Origin: Nitrosopumilus sp.
Lineage (GTDB): Archaea; Thermoproteota; Nitrososphaeria; Nitrososphaerales; Nitrosopumilaceae
Direction: 5' to 3'
NCBI GenBank assembly: GCA_965224195.1
Contig: OZ245040.1
Location: 160,001 to 224,000, forward strand
DNA length: 64,000 bases
Shown: positions 19,807 to 31,096 of the stretch, piece after piece
How the letters are laid out: the number at the start of each line of letters is the position of its first letter
Position numbering within the stretch: the first letter of the stretch is position 1
Program-made: the position numbers and the translations under genes
Notes under the pieces: generated by a model
The model's input: only the letters and a program-made list of their open reading frames with translations
Told to the model about the DNA's origin: nothing
Databases searched by the model: none

Positions 19807-19973
19807 ATTATAATTTCACAAAAACGTTACGGCAGTTTTGTATAAGAATATGATTATTGATTTCTAAGAACTAGTAATTTGTCCAATTAATTGTTGAACA
19901 ATCCGTCAAACATTGCACAGTTTTCCCATTCTGACTTTCAAAAAAATTCATCGAACCTTTCCTGGAGAGAATA

Positions 19974-21198
19974 ATGGCTAGACGTAGACTGAAACTATAT
20001 GGAAAAAAGGCAACGTCTAATGATATTCTAGAGGAGGTTAACAGACTCCTTTACGCTAAAGGAAACAGACCATACCCACTAAAGCCTTCAGAGATTGCTA
20101 ACGCAATTGGTATGTCTCGTCAGTCTGTTTACAATTACATCAAAAAACTCTCAAATCGAGGAAATATGGTCCGACTCCAGTCTGGTCATTTCTTTTTGCC
20201 AAAGGCAAATGATACAGAATTTCGCCAGTTCAACAAACTACACAAATTCACATCTGATCCGCTCGTTTCTGAATGGATGGATGATTTACTCACCAGACGG
20301 CAAGGACTTCCCCTAAAAGTATGGAAGACTAGACTCCGCTCAGTTGAAACAATCTGCAATACATGCAAAGTGACTCCATATGATCTTACAATCTCTAAAA
20401 AGAAAACAGAAAAAATTATGCGAACATTTGCAAAACATTTCCAAAATGGGGAGATTATTTGTTCAAACAGTGGGTAAAGGAAATTCATTAGGGATGAACA
20501 CAACAGTGTATGCCAAAGTACAAGCAATTCGTGATTTTTGTTCATTTTATGATGTTACCTGGAGAAAAGGAGTAACTGGAATAATGTCTCAAAAAACTCC
20601 ACATCATGGAAAATATGCTGATGTTAGATTAACTGATGAAGAACTTGAGAATGCTGATAATTTCATCAAGGAAAAATGGGGATTGGATTCAGATGTGTAT
20701 AGGTGGTTTTGGATTGGAATAGAATCCTGTGCCAGATTCAGTGCATTATACAATATGAAAAACAAATTTACAAAATTTGAAACAAAATCTAAAAAAATTA
20801 TTGTTTTAATGTCAGTTTTTGAATCAAAGACTGAAGATATCCGTGGAGGAAAATGGACCAAATTTATCACAAGACCAGAAACTCAAAAAAGTCTTGAATT
20901 AATCAAGAGTAGGAATTGTAATAGAATCTATGAATCAAATCTATCAAAATTTCCATTCAAAAAAGAAATGTATCAAAAATTATTAGAAATTTATCGATAT
21001 TTAGGGAAAACTGAAGCCTATTTTCAGCATCATCCATCCCACGTTCTAAGGCATATTGGTGCCCATTATTGGCTTTCAAAAACGAATTACAATTATGGAA
21101 TAATAGCTGAAGTTGGGGGATGGTATACTATAGATGAATTAAAGAAGAGTTATGGGCAAATTCCTCCAGAAAAAATTTTAGAGGTGATTAGTTTATGA
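19974..21198 (+). pseudogene. HTH-fused tyrosine recombinase/integrase, frameshifted near 20473
   Basis: N-terminal wHTH (PSEIANAIGMSRQSVYNYIKKL); catalytic set R (CARFSAL), K (ESKT), HxxRH (HVLRH), GW, Y (KSYG). Deleting one G from AGTGGGTAAAGG joins the two ORFs. Confidence 0.82.
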
Positions 21199-21214
21199 TT
21201 ACCATCAAACTATC

Positions 21215-22273
21215 AGATGAGTTGTGCAATTAGTCCAATTTGAGTATAATCTCAACATTTTCTAATCATAAGATCCAAAGCTAAGGCTGAATTATTTTCA
21301 ATTCATGTTTAATTGCACAAAACTGGCAAAAAAACCAAAACAATTCCTGTCAATAGCAGGACTAACTGTTCCACAATTTGATTCCCTATACAACGAAATA
21401 AAGAAAAATTGCAAAACTGCAGAACAAAAGGGACTGTCCAAAAACAGAGAAAGAGACATTGGTGCAGGACACAAGTTTGACTTGTCCTTCAAAGGCAGAA
21501 TTCTAATGTTTTTCATGTACTACAGAATGTACACAACATATGACATGCCAGGGATGACATTTGATTTGGACAAACCAAACGTAATGAGAAACATCGGATG
21601 TTTGGAGCCTGCAGTGAAGCAGTCCATATAATTGCTGCCAAAAAATATGCAGATTCAAAAGAGATTAACGGCATGCAGGAATTCTTTCCGGAATTAGTTG
21701 CAATCACTGATGGCACAGAACAGCCCATCCCAAGACCAAAAAACAAAAAGAAAAGAAAGGCACGCCATTCAGGCAAAAAGAAAAAGCATGCAGTACAAAA
21801 TCAAGTCGCCATAAATCCTGATGGGATAACAATCCACAAATCTGCACATTCGCCTGGCAGCCATCATGATTACAGAATTTACAAATCAAAGCATCCAACA
21901 TTATCTGAAAGGTTGCTGCAGTTTTATGATCCTGGATGTTTGGGGACGGAAAAAGACTTTCCAGAACAGGCAAGTGTTTTGCCATGCAAGAAAAAGAAAG
22001 GAAAAAAATTGACTGTTGCTCAAAAGGAGTGGAACAAGATGCAGTCAAAAATTAGAATAAAAGTTGGACGTGTCATTGCACAAATCAGGCAATTTCGGAT
22101 AAATCGCGATGTGTTTAGAAACAAATTATGCAGATATGATGTGATAAGTGAAATTGTTTGTGGGACTGTCAGTTTCAAGATTAAATGGAAAGAAGAATTC
22201 ATTGCAATTCCATAAAATTAAGAATTAAATGACAGAAAAGTTAGATTTTTGCTTGTAATTGCGCAACTCATCT
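21215..22273 (+). mobile_element. IS5-family (ISL2-like) insertion sequence, degenerate
   Basis: 18-bp terminal inverted repeats AGATGAGTTG(T/C)GCAATTA at 21215-21232 and 22256-22273, one mismatch; flanks only imperfectly duplicated. Confidence 0.88.
21305..22215 (+). pseudogene. IS5-family DDE transposase, frameshifted near 21628
   Basis: GLTVPQF, DGTEQPIPRP, SGKKKKH, GSHHD; final catalytic Glu position reads RIKVGR. Confidence 0.88.
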
Positions 22274-22292
22274 ATTATACATCATATATATT

Positions 22293-22442
22293 CTAAATCT
22301 TCTTTTTTAGATTTGCGACTTGTTTTTCCAAAGATGTGATTCTTTTTTCTAATTTTGTGACTACTTTGGCTGCTCTTTTTTCTAATTTGGCCAGTCTACG
22401 TTCCTGTTACTGCTCATGTTGTTTGTCAGTCAGTTTTACCAT
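22293..22442 (-). pseudogene. Small basic coiled-coil protein with internal stop
   Basis: MVKLTDKQHEQ*QERRLAKLEKRAAKVVTKLEKRITSLEKQVANLKKKI*; TAA at 22407-22409. Confidence 0.55.
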
Positions 22443-23172
22443 GAATAATTTATGGATATTTTGAACTTAAGAGTATTGTAAAACAAAAAGCAATCAAAAC
22501 AAGGACATGAATGGAATCAAAAATTCCACTAGTCTCTGCCAAAAACTCCTGCAATTGATAGCATCTCCTCGTTGTATTAGTTATGTCAAAATCGTATTTA
22601 ATGATGATCTTAATTTTGAGAATAATGATAAAAATTGAAACTTAAGACCAACAACGATTAGTTACTTGGTGAGAGTTTCAATAGTTTTAGTTTGAAAATA
22701 TAGTATTTAGATCGTACTGAGAAATTCTACTAATCAATCCTACCTGTTCCTTTTATTGTAAATTACTCTAGTGTCATTACAAGTTATTTGTTATACCAGT
22801 CCAGAGGTTGGGTAAATTTGGCCCAATCTTTTCATTTTAAATCTAGTACTGACAATTACAATCAGCTACAAAGCAATACTAGCTATCAAAATTACAAAAA
22901 ATTACGAAGTAAATTCCAAATTGTACTAGAATAATTTACGAACAAACAGCTACAAAATCACACTTGTCAAAGATTGAACTGCCATACAACACTCTTTTGT
23001 TACAATTTACACAAATATCATCTTGTGTTAATTTGTCAAGGATTGTAATGGATTGTCAAATGGTATGCCCATGATATCGTGAAATTTTCACTAATGGACA
23101 GTCAATTAGACGGTCAATGTCTAACAGTAGGTGTGATAATGGGGTAACCGAAAACTCTAAGAATGAAAAATA

Positions 23173-23403
23173 TTATTTATAGAAATCAGGTTCTTGATCT
23201 CTTTTCTGCTTTGGAAGATCTTCCATAACGGCTTGAACTACTTCATTATGATTATACGTTAAATGTCTGAGAAACTTTGCTGATTCATCTGCTCTAGTTT
23301 TTTCATCTGCAAATAACATTTCAGGACTACTCAATCCAGTCATCATTTCATTGCATTCTTTGCATGGTTCAAAGTCAAGATAGAGTTTCATATTTCTCGT
23401 CAT
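23173..23403 (-). CDS. Small CxxC/H-containing protein, third gene of the hsp20-cdc48 operon
   Basis: PCKECNE...RHLTYNH; 17 nt after the cdc48 stop. Confidence 0.75.
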   Translation of the reverse strand: MTRNMKLYLDFEPCKECNEMMTGLSSPEMLFADEKTRADESAKFLRHLTYNHNEVVQAVMEDLPKQKRDQEPDFYK

Positions 23404-23420
23404 TTTTCTTAGTATTTAGA

Positions 23421-25562
23421 CTATTTTATGGATTGAGGTATAGGTGCCTCTTTCTTTCTAGGTCTAATCTTATCCACAGCGTCAATTAGATCTTGTTGTG
23501 TAATCTTGATCTCCTTGACATTCTTTGACTTGCCAGAAACATATCTCTTCAAAGCTGTAATAGCTGCTCTACTTGCGACTGCTGTAATCTCAGCTCCACT
23601 AAAATCATCAGTAATTTTTACAATTTCTGAGATTTTTACATCATTTGCAAGAGGCTTTTTCTTTATATGAATCTCAAAGATATGCTGTCTTCCTTTTTCA
23701 TCAGGATTTGGAACTTTGATGATTCTATCAAATCTACCTGGTCTGAGAAGTGCTTCATCAACAATATCCAATCTATTTGTTGCACCAATTATCAACACGT
23801 TGTTTAGTTCTTCTAGTCCATCAATTTCTGTTAGAATTTGAGACACTACATTTTCTGTAACATGTGAATCAGAGCCTCCACTTCCTCTTCTTGGAACAAG
23901 TGCATCGACTTCATCTAAGAATATAATACATGGAGCTGCTTGTCGTGCTTTTCTGAATATTTCTCTGACACCTTTTTCAGATTCTCCTACCCATTTTGAG
24001 AGTAGTTCAGGACCCTTGATGCTGATAAAATTAGATTCTGTCATTTTTGCAAGAGCTTTTGCTATCATTGTCTTACCAGTTCCTGGAGGACCATAAAGTA
24101 AAATTCCCTTTGGAGATTCTACATCGACATAATCATACGCATCCTTGTATTTGATTGGCCACTCAACAGCTTCTTTGAGTTCTTCCTTTAATTCATCTAA
24201 ACCACCAACATCATCCCAACTTACGTTTGGAATTTGGACTTGGACTTCTCTAAGTGCACTTGGACTGACTTCTTTTAGTGCATCTCTAAAGTCATCACTT
24301 GTAATTTGGATCTTTTCAAGTATTTCTGATGAAATTTTTTCTTCGTCATAGTCAATCTCAGGGAGAATTCTACGGAGCGATTTCATTGCAGCTTCTTTGA
24401 CTAAAACTTCCAAATCAGCTCCTACAAATCCATGTGTAGTTTTTGAGATTTGTTTTAAATCTACTTTTTCATCAATGGGCATTCCACGTGTATGAATTGA
24501 AAGAATGTCAAATCTTCCTTCATCATCAGGAATTTCAATTTCAATTTCTCTATCAAATCTACCTGGTCTTCTAAGCGCAGGATCAATTGAATCTGGTCTG
24601 TTAGTAGCTGCAATTACAACAACTTTACCTCTAGACTTCATTCCATCCATTAGAGTTAGTAATTGTGAAACAATTCTTTTCTCTAGTTCACCAGAAACTT
24701 CATCTCTCTTTGGAGCAATAGAATCAATCTCATCAATGAAAATTATGCTAGGAGCATTTTCTTCAGCTTGAGTAAAGATTTCTCTAATTCGCTCTTCACT
24801 TTCTCCATAATGTTTGCCCATTATTTCAGGACCACTTAGCGAGATAAAGTGGGCATTTGTTTCGCCAGCTACGGCCTTTGCTAATAGTGTCTTACCAGTT
24901 CCTGGAAGACCATACAAGAGTACGCCTTTTGGTGCTTCCACTCCTATTTTATCAAATAATTCAGGATGCCGCATTGGCAATTCCACCATTTCACGAATTT
25001 TTTGAACCTCTTTTTTCAAACCCCCAAGTTCGTCATATGTTATTCTTGGAACAGAAGAATCAACTGCTTTAGTCATTGCTCCAAGTTTGAATACTGTGTT
25101 TTCAGTTACAAAAACAGGTTTTGATGGTTTTGTACTTGTTATAATAAACTGAACCCTTCCACCCATCTGTGTATTAAGAGATACTGAATCTCCAGTTGTA
25201 AATACATGATTGAGATAATTGTAAATCATATATTCTTGTAATCCTTCTGCAGCAATCTTTTCAGTTGGAGATAAAACAATTTGTTCAGCATTCACAGCTT
25301 CAACTGTTTTTAGTAAAATCTTATCACCAATTCCAGCTCCAATATTTTGTCTTGCCATTCCATCTATTTTGATAATACCTGAACCATATTCTTCAGGTGC
25401 ACCGGGCCAAAGTTTTACATGTGTTTTTTTGTTGTATGTGAGTTCTAATATTTGTCCGGTATTCCATTTTTGATCTTCAATAATTTTAGGATCAACTATA
25501 GCTCTCCCCCTTCCAACATGTTGTTGTGGGCTTTCTTCAATTTTTAAAATTACTTCACTCAT
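23421..25562 (-). CDS. cdc48: CDC48/VCP (p97) family AAA+ ATPase
   Basis: N domain plus two AAA modules with Walker A/B and RPGRFDR. Confidence 0.95.
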   Translation of the reverse strand: MSEVILKIEESPQQHVGRGRAIVDPKIIEDQKWNTGQILELTYNKKTHVKLWPGAPEEYGSGIIKIDGMARQNIGAGIGDKILLKTVEAVNAEQIVLSPTEKIAAEGLQEYMIYNYLNHVFTTGDSVSLNTQMGGRVQFIITSTKPSKPVFVTENTVFKLGAMTKAVDSSVPRITYDELGGLKKEVQKIREMVELPMRHPELFDKIGVEAPKGVLLYGLPGTGKTLLAKAVAGETNAHFISLSGPEIMGKHYGESEERIREIFTQAEENAPSIIFIDEIDSIAPKRDEVSGELEKRIVSQLLTLMDGMKSRGKVVVIAATNRPDSIDPALRRPGRFDREIEIEIPDDEGRFDILSIHTRGMPIDEKVDLKQISKTTHGFVGADLEVLVKEAAMKSLRRILPEIDYDEEKISSEILEKIQITSDDFRDALKEVSPSALREVQVQIPNVSWDDVGGLDELKEELKEAVEWPIKYKDAYDYVDVESPKGILLYGPPGTGKTMIAKALAKMTESNFISIKGPELLSKWVGESEKGVREIFRKARQAAPCIIFLDEVDALVPRRGSGGSDSHVTENVVSQILTEIDGLEELNNVLIIGATNRLDIVDEALLRPGRFDRIIKVPNPDEKGRQHIFEIHIKKKPLANDVKISEIVKITDDFSGAEITAVASRAAITALKRYVSGKSKNVKEIKITQQDLIDAVDKIRPRKKEAPIPQSIK

Positions 25563-25590
25563 ATTATTACCTCAAAAATTAACGAGGGGT

Positions 25591-26091
25591 TTATTCAACC
25601 TCCACCGTTTTGCTTTTTGGTTTTTCCTCTTCAGCTAATTTGAAGACGATTTGTAAAACTCCATTTTTGTAAGAAGCTTTTGCAGAGTTTTCATCAACTT
25701 TGTGTTGTACAGGAACTTTTACATGATATTTTTTTTCATCATGTCCTGCTGAAAGATCAACTGTTTTGTTTTCAACAACAATTTTGACATCAGATTTATC
25801 AACTCCTGGCATCTCAGCTATGAGTTTTACTACTTTTTCTTTTTCATCGACAATCGTGTCAACTAGTGGTTCTCGTGTATCAAAAGTTGGAGCAAGGCTT
25901 GGTTTAGCATTTCCATATTCGTTTACAACAGGTTTTCCATCAGGACCAACAGTCATTGTATAACCGTAATAATGTGGACCTGATTCAGAACCATTTCCCT
26001 TGAATTCCTCAAAAACGTCATCTGTGTTAAAAAAAGTGTTTGACATTTTTTTGAAGATTCTATCAAATTCGCTATCAAAGAAATTTGTCAT
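25591..26091 (-). CDS. hsp20: Small heat-shock protein
   Basis: GYTMTVGPDGKP, AEMPGV, ASYKNGVL, terminal VEVE. Confidence 0.93.
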   Translation of the reverse strand: MTNFFDSEFDRIFKKMSNTFFNTDDVFEEFKGNGSESGPHYYGYTMTVGPDGKPVVNEYGNAKPSLAPTFDTREPLVDTIVDEKEKVVKLIAEMPGVDKSDVKIVVENKTVDLSAGHDEKKYHVKVPVQHKVDENSAKASYKNGVLQIVFKLAEEEKPKSKTVEVE

Positions 26092-26104
26092 ATTTATCTA
26101 CTAT

Positions 26105-26122
26105 ATGTAATATATATTACAT
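26105..26122. promoter_or_regulatory. Perfect 18-bp palindrome between the hsp20 TATA box and start codon (candidate operator)
   Basis: ATGTAATATATATTACAT directly downstream of minus-strand TTTATATAA. Confidence 0.55.
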
Positions 26123-26195
26123 TATATAAAGATTATTGGTATTTCTCTGATTTCTTACATAATCCTATTATAACTGACATGATATAATAATCTTA

Positions 26196-26861
26196 ATGAG
26201 GGTATCAAGCGTGTCTATTCCTGAAGTTGTAAGAGAGATTATCAGTAGGAATCGTTCAATTTCTGATTGCATGAAGATGGATTTGATAAATTACACAGCA
26301 CTGGCAGTAAAGATTCAACCAGATATAGAAAAAATTCTAGGAAACTCTGTTAATCTCAATACAGTAGTTGTTGCCATTAAGAGATATGCTGATTCGTTTG
26401 AAATTAAAGAAGATGTCAAAGAAGAATCAGTTTTGAAAAATGCAAGATTGGCATTAACTGATGGAATAATGGATGTTAAATTTTCCATAAAAGATTCTAA
26501 TCAAATGGATCCAATGGTAATTTTAGACAAATTCTCTAAAGTAACTAATAACTATGATTTTTTTAGGATGTCTGATTCGTTTAGATTTTTGGCAGAAGAT
26601 ATGGATGACATTAGACAAATCTTCAATAGCGTTCCAGAAAGAGATGATATGTTTAGTACTGGACTTGCAAAAATTAGAATTTCAATACCAAACTCTCAAA
26701 ATCAATCAGACGTAGTATCCTATGTTGCTGAGGTATTACATGCAAATGGAGTAGAATTAGTAAATGCATTTTTCAGTCAGGATAACATTACAATTATACT
26801 CAACGAGAGAGATTCATCAAGGGCATATGATATCTTACATTCCGATATCATGAGGACCTGA
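26196..26861 (+). CDS. ACT-domain protein with N-terminal HTH-like region
   Basis: INYTALA...VVAIKRY N-terminus; C-terminal ACT-like segment. Confidence 0.78.
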   Translation: MRVSSVSIPEVVREIISRNRSISDCMKMDLINYTALAVKIQPDIEKILGNSVNLNTVVVAIKRYADSFEIKEDVKEESVLKNARLALTDGIMDVKFSIKDSNQMDPMVILDKFSKVTNNYDFFRMSDSFRFLAEDMDDIRQIFNSVPERDDMFSTGLAKIRISIPNSQNQSDVVSYVAEVLHANGVELVNAFFSQDNITIILNERDSSRAYDILHSDIMRT

Positions 26862-26915
26862 GTATAGTAGTGAATTTAATAAAAATTATTCTTATAGCAT
26901 ATATTCACCCAATTT

Positions 26916-28289
26916 ATGGAAAAGACACAATTGGCAAGAAATAAGAAAAAAATTGTAATTTTAGGGGGTGGATTTGCCGGAGTAGAATGTGCTAGACGGT
27001 TAGAAAAAGAATTTGGAAATAATCCTGAAATAGAACTGGTAATGGTAAGTGAAGATAATTTTCTATTATTTACACCAATGCTGCCACAGGTAGCGTCTGG
27101 AATGATTGAAACTAGGCATATTGTTTTACCAATTAGAACTATTTGTAAAAAAACAAAATTCTATGAAAGTCGAATCAAAAACATTGATCCGTATGGAAAA
27201 ATTGTAACATTATGGGGAACTGGAGATAAAAGAAGCATCTCATTACATTATGATTTTCTAGTTGTTGCATTAGGTAGTGAAACTAACTTTTTTGGAATGG
27301 CTGATGTTGAGAAAAATGCATACACAATGAAGACACTCAATGACGCTGTAATGTTAAGAAATAGAGTTATCGATATGTTAGAACAAGCAGAAAATGAAAC
27401 CAATCCAATTCTTCGAAAAAGTTTTCTAAATTTTGTAGTGGTAGGTGGTGGATTTGCAGGAATTGAAACTGCAGGAGAATTGATGGATCTTTTATTGGAC
27501 GCAAGAAAATATTATCCAACAATTCACAAAGACGATATCAAAGTAATTGTGTTAGAGGCTTTAGGAATGATCCTTCCTGGATTTAATACAAAACTGGCAA
27601 ACTTTGCTAAAGACAAGATGGTAGAAAGAGGAATTGACATTAGACTAAAAACTGCAGTTACTAGTTTTGATGGAAATGAAGTTACTACAAAGTCATTAGA
27701 TGAAAATCTAAAGGATTCAATTGATACATCTGAAATTAATTCAATAATTACAAAGACATTGATTTGGACTGCAGGTGTTACTCCAGTTAATACGATTAAG
27801 AGATCAATGTTCAAAACAGAAAAAGGAAAAGTTTTGGTAAATGATTTTCTAGAAGTTGCTGATTTTCCTGGAGTGTTTGCTATAGGTGATTGTGCATTGC
27901 ATATTGATCCCCAAACACAAAGACCGTTACCTCCAACTGCTCAAATTGCGGAAGCTCAAGCAAAAATCGCTGTCAAAAATTTAATTTCTTTAATTAAAAA
28001 TTCTACAAAAGAAAAATTTGTTTATCATTCCAAAGGCCAAATGGCAATTATTGGAAAAAGATCAGGAATTGCCACATTTTTAGGAATGAATATTTCAGGA
28101 TTTTGGGCTTGGTTAATTTGGAGAAATGTTTACCTCTCAAAAATTACAACATTTGACAAAAAAACTCGCGTATTTCTTGATTGGGTAATAGATTTGTTCT
28201 TTGATAGAGATATTTCAAGATTAAAGTTAATGAAACGTGAAACTGAAAAAGAATACAAGTTACTTGATGAAGTAGATGATATTTGGTAA
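26916..28289 (+). CDS. Type II NADH dehydrogenase-like FAD/NAD oxidoreductase
   Basis: Two GGGFAG motifs, LFTPML, IWTAGV, FAIGD, PPTAQ. Confidence 0.9.
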   Translation: MEKTQLARNKKKIVILGGGFAGVECARRLEKEFGNNPEIELVMVSEDNFLLFTPMLPQVASGMIETRHIVLPIRTICKKTKFYESRIKNIDPYGKIVTLWGTGDKRSISLHYDFLVVALGSETNFFGMADVEKNAYTMKTLNDAVMLRNRVIDMLEQAENETNPILRKSFLNFVVVGGGFAGIETAGELMDLLLDARKYYPTIHKDDIKVIVLEALGMILPGFNTKLANFAKDKMVERGIDIRLKTAVTSFDGNEVTTKSLDENLKDSIDTSEINSIITKTLIWTAGVTPVNTIKRSMFKTEKGKVLVNDFLEVADFPGVFAIGDCALHIDPQTQRPLPPTAQIAEAQAKIAVKNLISLIKNSTKEKFVYHSKGQMAIIGKRSGIATFLGMNISGFWAWLIWRNVYLSKITTFDKKTRVFLDWVIDLFFDRDISRLKLMKRETEKEYKLLDEVDDIW

Positions 28290-28301
28290 AAAGAGAATCT
28301 G

Positions 28302-29822
28302 TTATTTTCTAATTTTATAAATAACTAATGCTGGTGCTGCAAAATACATTCCAACATTCATCAAAATAATTCCAATTCCATATGATAACATTTTTTCTTC
28401 AGAATCAATTTCAACGTAATTTAAAATTGATAATGTGGATAACATCGGAGTAATAGAAAGTTTTACAAATTCTTTGAAAAGGGGGTTTTCACGCTCCATA
28501 TCGGCAATTACAGGTGAAAATGAATAATAGAATTGGTTAAAGCCACTCATGAAAGCAATTCCAGACTCTGTTGATAATATAGTATTGTCTCTAAGTTCTC
28601 TTAGTTGTTGAATGTGTGGTGCCATTTCAGAACCATATGCTGCAGTTGCAATCAAACATCCGCCATTTTCTTCAGGATTAGATTCTGGTACTATTATTGA
28701 AAAAGATTCTATGGTTTCATCAAATTTTGGAAGTTGAGAATTAAAATCATCTACACCATTACTATATGCAAGGGTATAGAATTTTTCATTATCATAAAAT
28801 ATAATTTCTTTAAATTGAACTTCATAATTTTCTCCATTTGATGAAAAGAATCCTTTTGCTTCAGTAACATATGCATCATATTCATTTATCATCATCTTAT
28901 TCTGTAAAGTAACTTCTAATTCTCCTTTTTCTATTACAGGTTTAATTGTTTCAAGTTTTTCAGAAATAAGTTCATCAAATGTTCGTTGATTTGTTTCTTG
29001 TACTGTTAATGAAATAACTGGATTCATTGCACCTGTTTTTGGACCTACTGCAACTACATCAGGAGAATTTGGTTGTGTCTTGTCTTGTTCTTGTAATAAC
29101 CAACCTTCAGGTACACTTAGTTTAATTTGATGTTCTGTACTTTGATATTCTTGATTGCCTGTTGATGGGGTTATAACTGATTGAGTACGTTCAGGATCTT
29201 TTAATTCAAGAGAATTTGAAATCTCAGAAATACTAACTACTGTGGTTTTTGTAATTCTGACTTGTTCGGGATCCAATGGTTTATCATTACCATCTGTTGG
29301 TATCGCTGCAATTTTGTCAAGTGTATCAAAACTTTCTTCAGTTACAATTCTACCAAATACAGTGTATTGTTCATCAAGGAAATTAGAATCAGCATGAACT
29401 ATGAAAAATTGAGAACCACCACTATCTGGATCAGCAGATCTTGCCATTGAAACAATTCCACGATTATGTTTTATTGTGTTAAACTCTGCATCTACACTTG
29501 TATCTGGACCACCAGTTCCCCAAGAGTTAGGATCACCATCAATAGTATTTGGATCGCCACCCTGAATCATAAATCCAGGAATGATTCTATGAAATAATAC
29601 ACCGTCATAAAATCCTGTTTGAGATAATATTATAAAATTTTCAACATGTTTTGGAGCATCATTTGGAAAAAATTCTATGACAATTTCTCCAGAACTAGTT
29701 TCTAAGATAACTACAGGATCTAGAATGTTAATTTCATTAAATTCAACTGTTTGTGCAAATGTGTAGCTGCCTGAACTAACTACAAATAATGAAAATATTA
29801 AGACCGTGAAAATTTTATTCAA
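28302..29822 (-). CDS. Secreted cyclophilin-type PPIase with CFI-box-CTERM anchor
   Basis: FHRIIPGFMIQGGD, SQFFIV, YTVFG; C-terminal GGCLIATAAYGS...LRELRD plus TM helix. Confidence 0.9.
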   Translation of the reverse strand: MNKIFTVLIFSLFVVSSGSYTFAQTVEFNEINILDPVVILETSSGEIVIEFFPNDAPKHVENFIILSQTGFYDGVLFHRIIPGFMIQGGDPNTIDGDPNSWGTGGPDTSVDAEFNTIKHNRGIVSMARSADPDSGGSQFFIVHADSNFLDEQYTVFGRIVTEESFDTLDKIAAIPTDGNDKPLDPEQVRITKTTVVSISEISNSLELKDPERTQSVITPSTGNQEYQSTEHQIKLSVPEGWLLQEQDKTQPNSPDVVAVGPKTGAMNPVISLTVQETNQRTFDELISEKLETIKPVIEKGELEVTLQNKMMINEYDAYVTEAKGFFSSNGENYEVQFKEIIFYDNEKFYTLAYSNGVDDFNSQLPKFDETIESFSIIVPESNPEENGGCLIATAAYGSEMAPHIQQLRELRDNTILSTESGIAFMSGFNQFYYSFSPVIADMERENPLFKEFVKLSITPMLSTLSILNYVEIDSEEKMLSYGIGIILMNVGMYFAAPALVIYKIRK

Positions 29823-29894
29823 TAATTTTTTTCAATATTGCTTACTTAAAAGCTAATTGTATTAGTTTTTAATAAAGTTCAATAATCAACCCAT

Positions 29895-30377
29895 ATGCAA
29901 TCTGATGAGAAAATTCAAGCACATATAGTTTCAATTTGGCGAGAATCTAAAAAATTCTTTTCAATTGGTGGAAAAGAAGGCATGTTGGTACTAACTGACA
30001 AACATTTGATGTTTGTACATAAAACAAAATCTAAAATGAATTGGTGGAAAGCCATTACTCAAAGACAAGTAGTTAATTTCATCAAATCAAAAAATACTAT
30101 GATTCGTCATGATGGCTATAATGAAGAAGATTTGATGAATGATTGTGAAGATAAACGAAATACTGAATTAAGTTTTGATGATATTTCTAGTATTAGTTTT
30201 ACAGAAAAAGATTGGGGAAGTTCATTACAATTAGAGTTTCAAAAAGATGAAAAATTTCAGTATTCAATTGCCCAAGATTGGGTAAAATATCCTGCAAAAG
30301 AGCCTACAAAATACATGAAAGTGGATTGGGAGCCTTTTGTGCAATATATTAAAGACAGGCAGAAATTTACCAAGTAA
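29895..30377 (+). CDS. Hypothetical protein (PH-like fold possible)
   Basis: GMLVLTDKHLMF pattern; 2 nt upstream of cbiE. Confidence 0.75.
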   Translation: MQSDEKIQAHIVSIWRESKKFFSIGGKEGMLVLTDKHLMFVHKTKSKMNWWKAITQRQVVNFIKSKNTMIRHDGYNEEDLMNDCEDKRNTELSFDDISSISFTEKDWGSSLQLEFQKDEKFQYSIAQDWVKYPAKEPTKYMKVDWEPFVQYIKDRQKFTK

Positions 30378-30379
30378 AA

Positions 30380-31096
30380 TTGAGTAAAGTTTACGCTGTA
30401 GGTGTTGGACCTGGTTCTCCAAAATATGTTACAGGAATTGTAAAAGAAATAATTCAGAGTTGTGATGTAATTATTGGTTACAAATACACATTGAAAACAA
30501 TAGAAGATTTGACTATAGGAAAAGAAGTTTATGAAATCACTATGAATGATCAAGAAGATTCTTATCAAAAAATTCTTCCAAAGTTGGGTGATAGGACTCT
30601 AGTCATACCATTTACTGGTGATGTTAATTTTTCCGAATCTGAAGTTGTTGATAGATTAATTGAAATTTTTGGTGATGTTGAAATTATTCCAGGAATTAGT
30701 TCAATACAGGTTGCTGCATCAAGGGCAAAAGTTCCGCTTGATAAATCAAAAATAATTACGATGCATGTTACAACTCCAATTGAAGATAAGAAATTAGAAT
30801 TGCAAAAAGCATTGATTGATGGTTTTAGTGTGATTTTAGTACCGAGACCTTGGCCAAAACAACCAGACAAACATTTCATGCCTTCAGAAATTGCAATTTA
30901 TCTTAGAGAGTATAATTTTGAGACTGATAAGATGAAAGTTCATGTTTATGAAGCAATAACTACTGAAAATGAAACGAGTTTTGAGGGAACAATAAAAGAA
31001 TTAGAAGGAAAAGAATTTTCGGATTTATCTGTAATGGTGTTTAATCAAGTGAGCCTTGATTCATACATGAATTATAGATGGCAATGGGAAAATTAA
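30380..31096 (+). CDS. cbiE: Cobalt-precorrin-7 / precorrin-6Y C5-methyltransferase
   Basis: VGVGPG, TGDVNFS, IPGISSIQVAA. Confidence 0.82.
   Translation: MSKVYAVGVGPGSPKYVTGIVKEIIQSCDVIIGYKYTLKTIEDLTIGKEVYEITMNDQEDSYQKILPKLGDRTLVIPFTGDVNFSESEVVDRLIEIFGDVEIIPGISSIQVAASRAKVPLDKSKIITMHVTTPIEDKKLELQKALIDGFSVILVPRPWPKQPDKHFMPSEIAIYLREYNFETDKMKVHVYEAITTENETSFEGTIKELEGKEFSDLSVMVFNQVSLDSYMNYRWQWEN

Noticed and set aside
21598-21631. Programmed frameshift in the transposase
   Set aside because: No slippery heptamer at the junction and the gene has other inactivating substitutions
23128-23150. Second origin (GATAATGGGGT resembles the ORB G-string)
   Set aside because: Single partial match lacking the GTGGAAA core, with no initiator gene nearby
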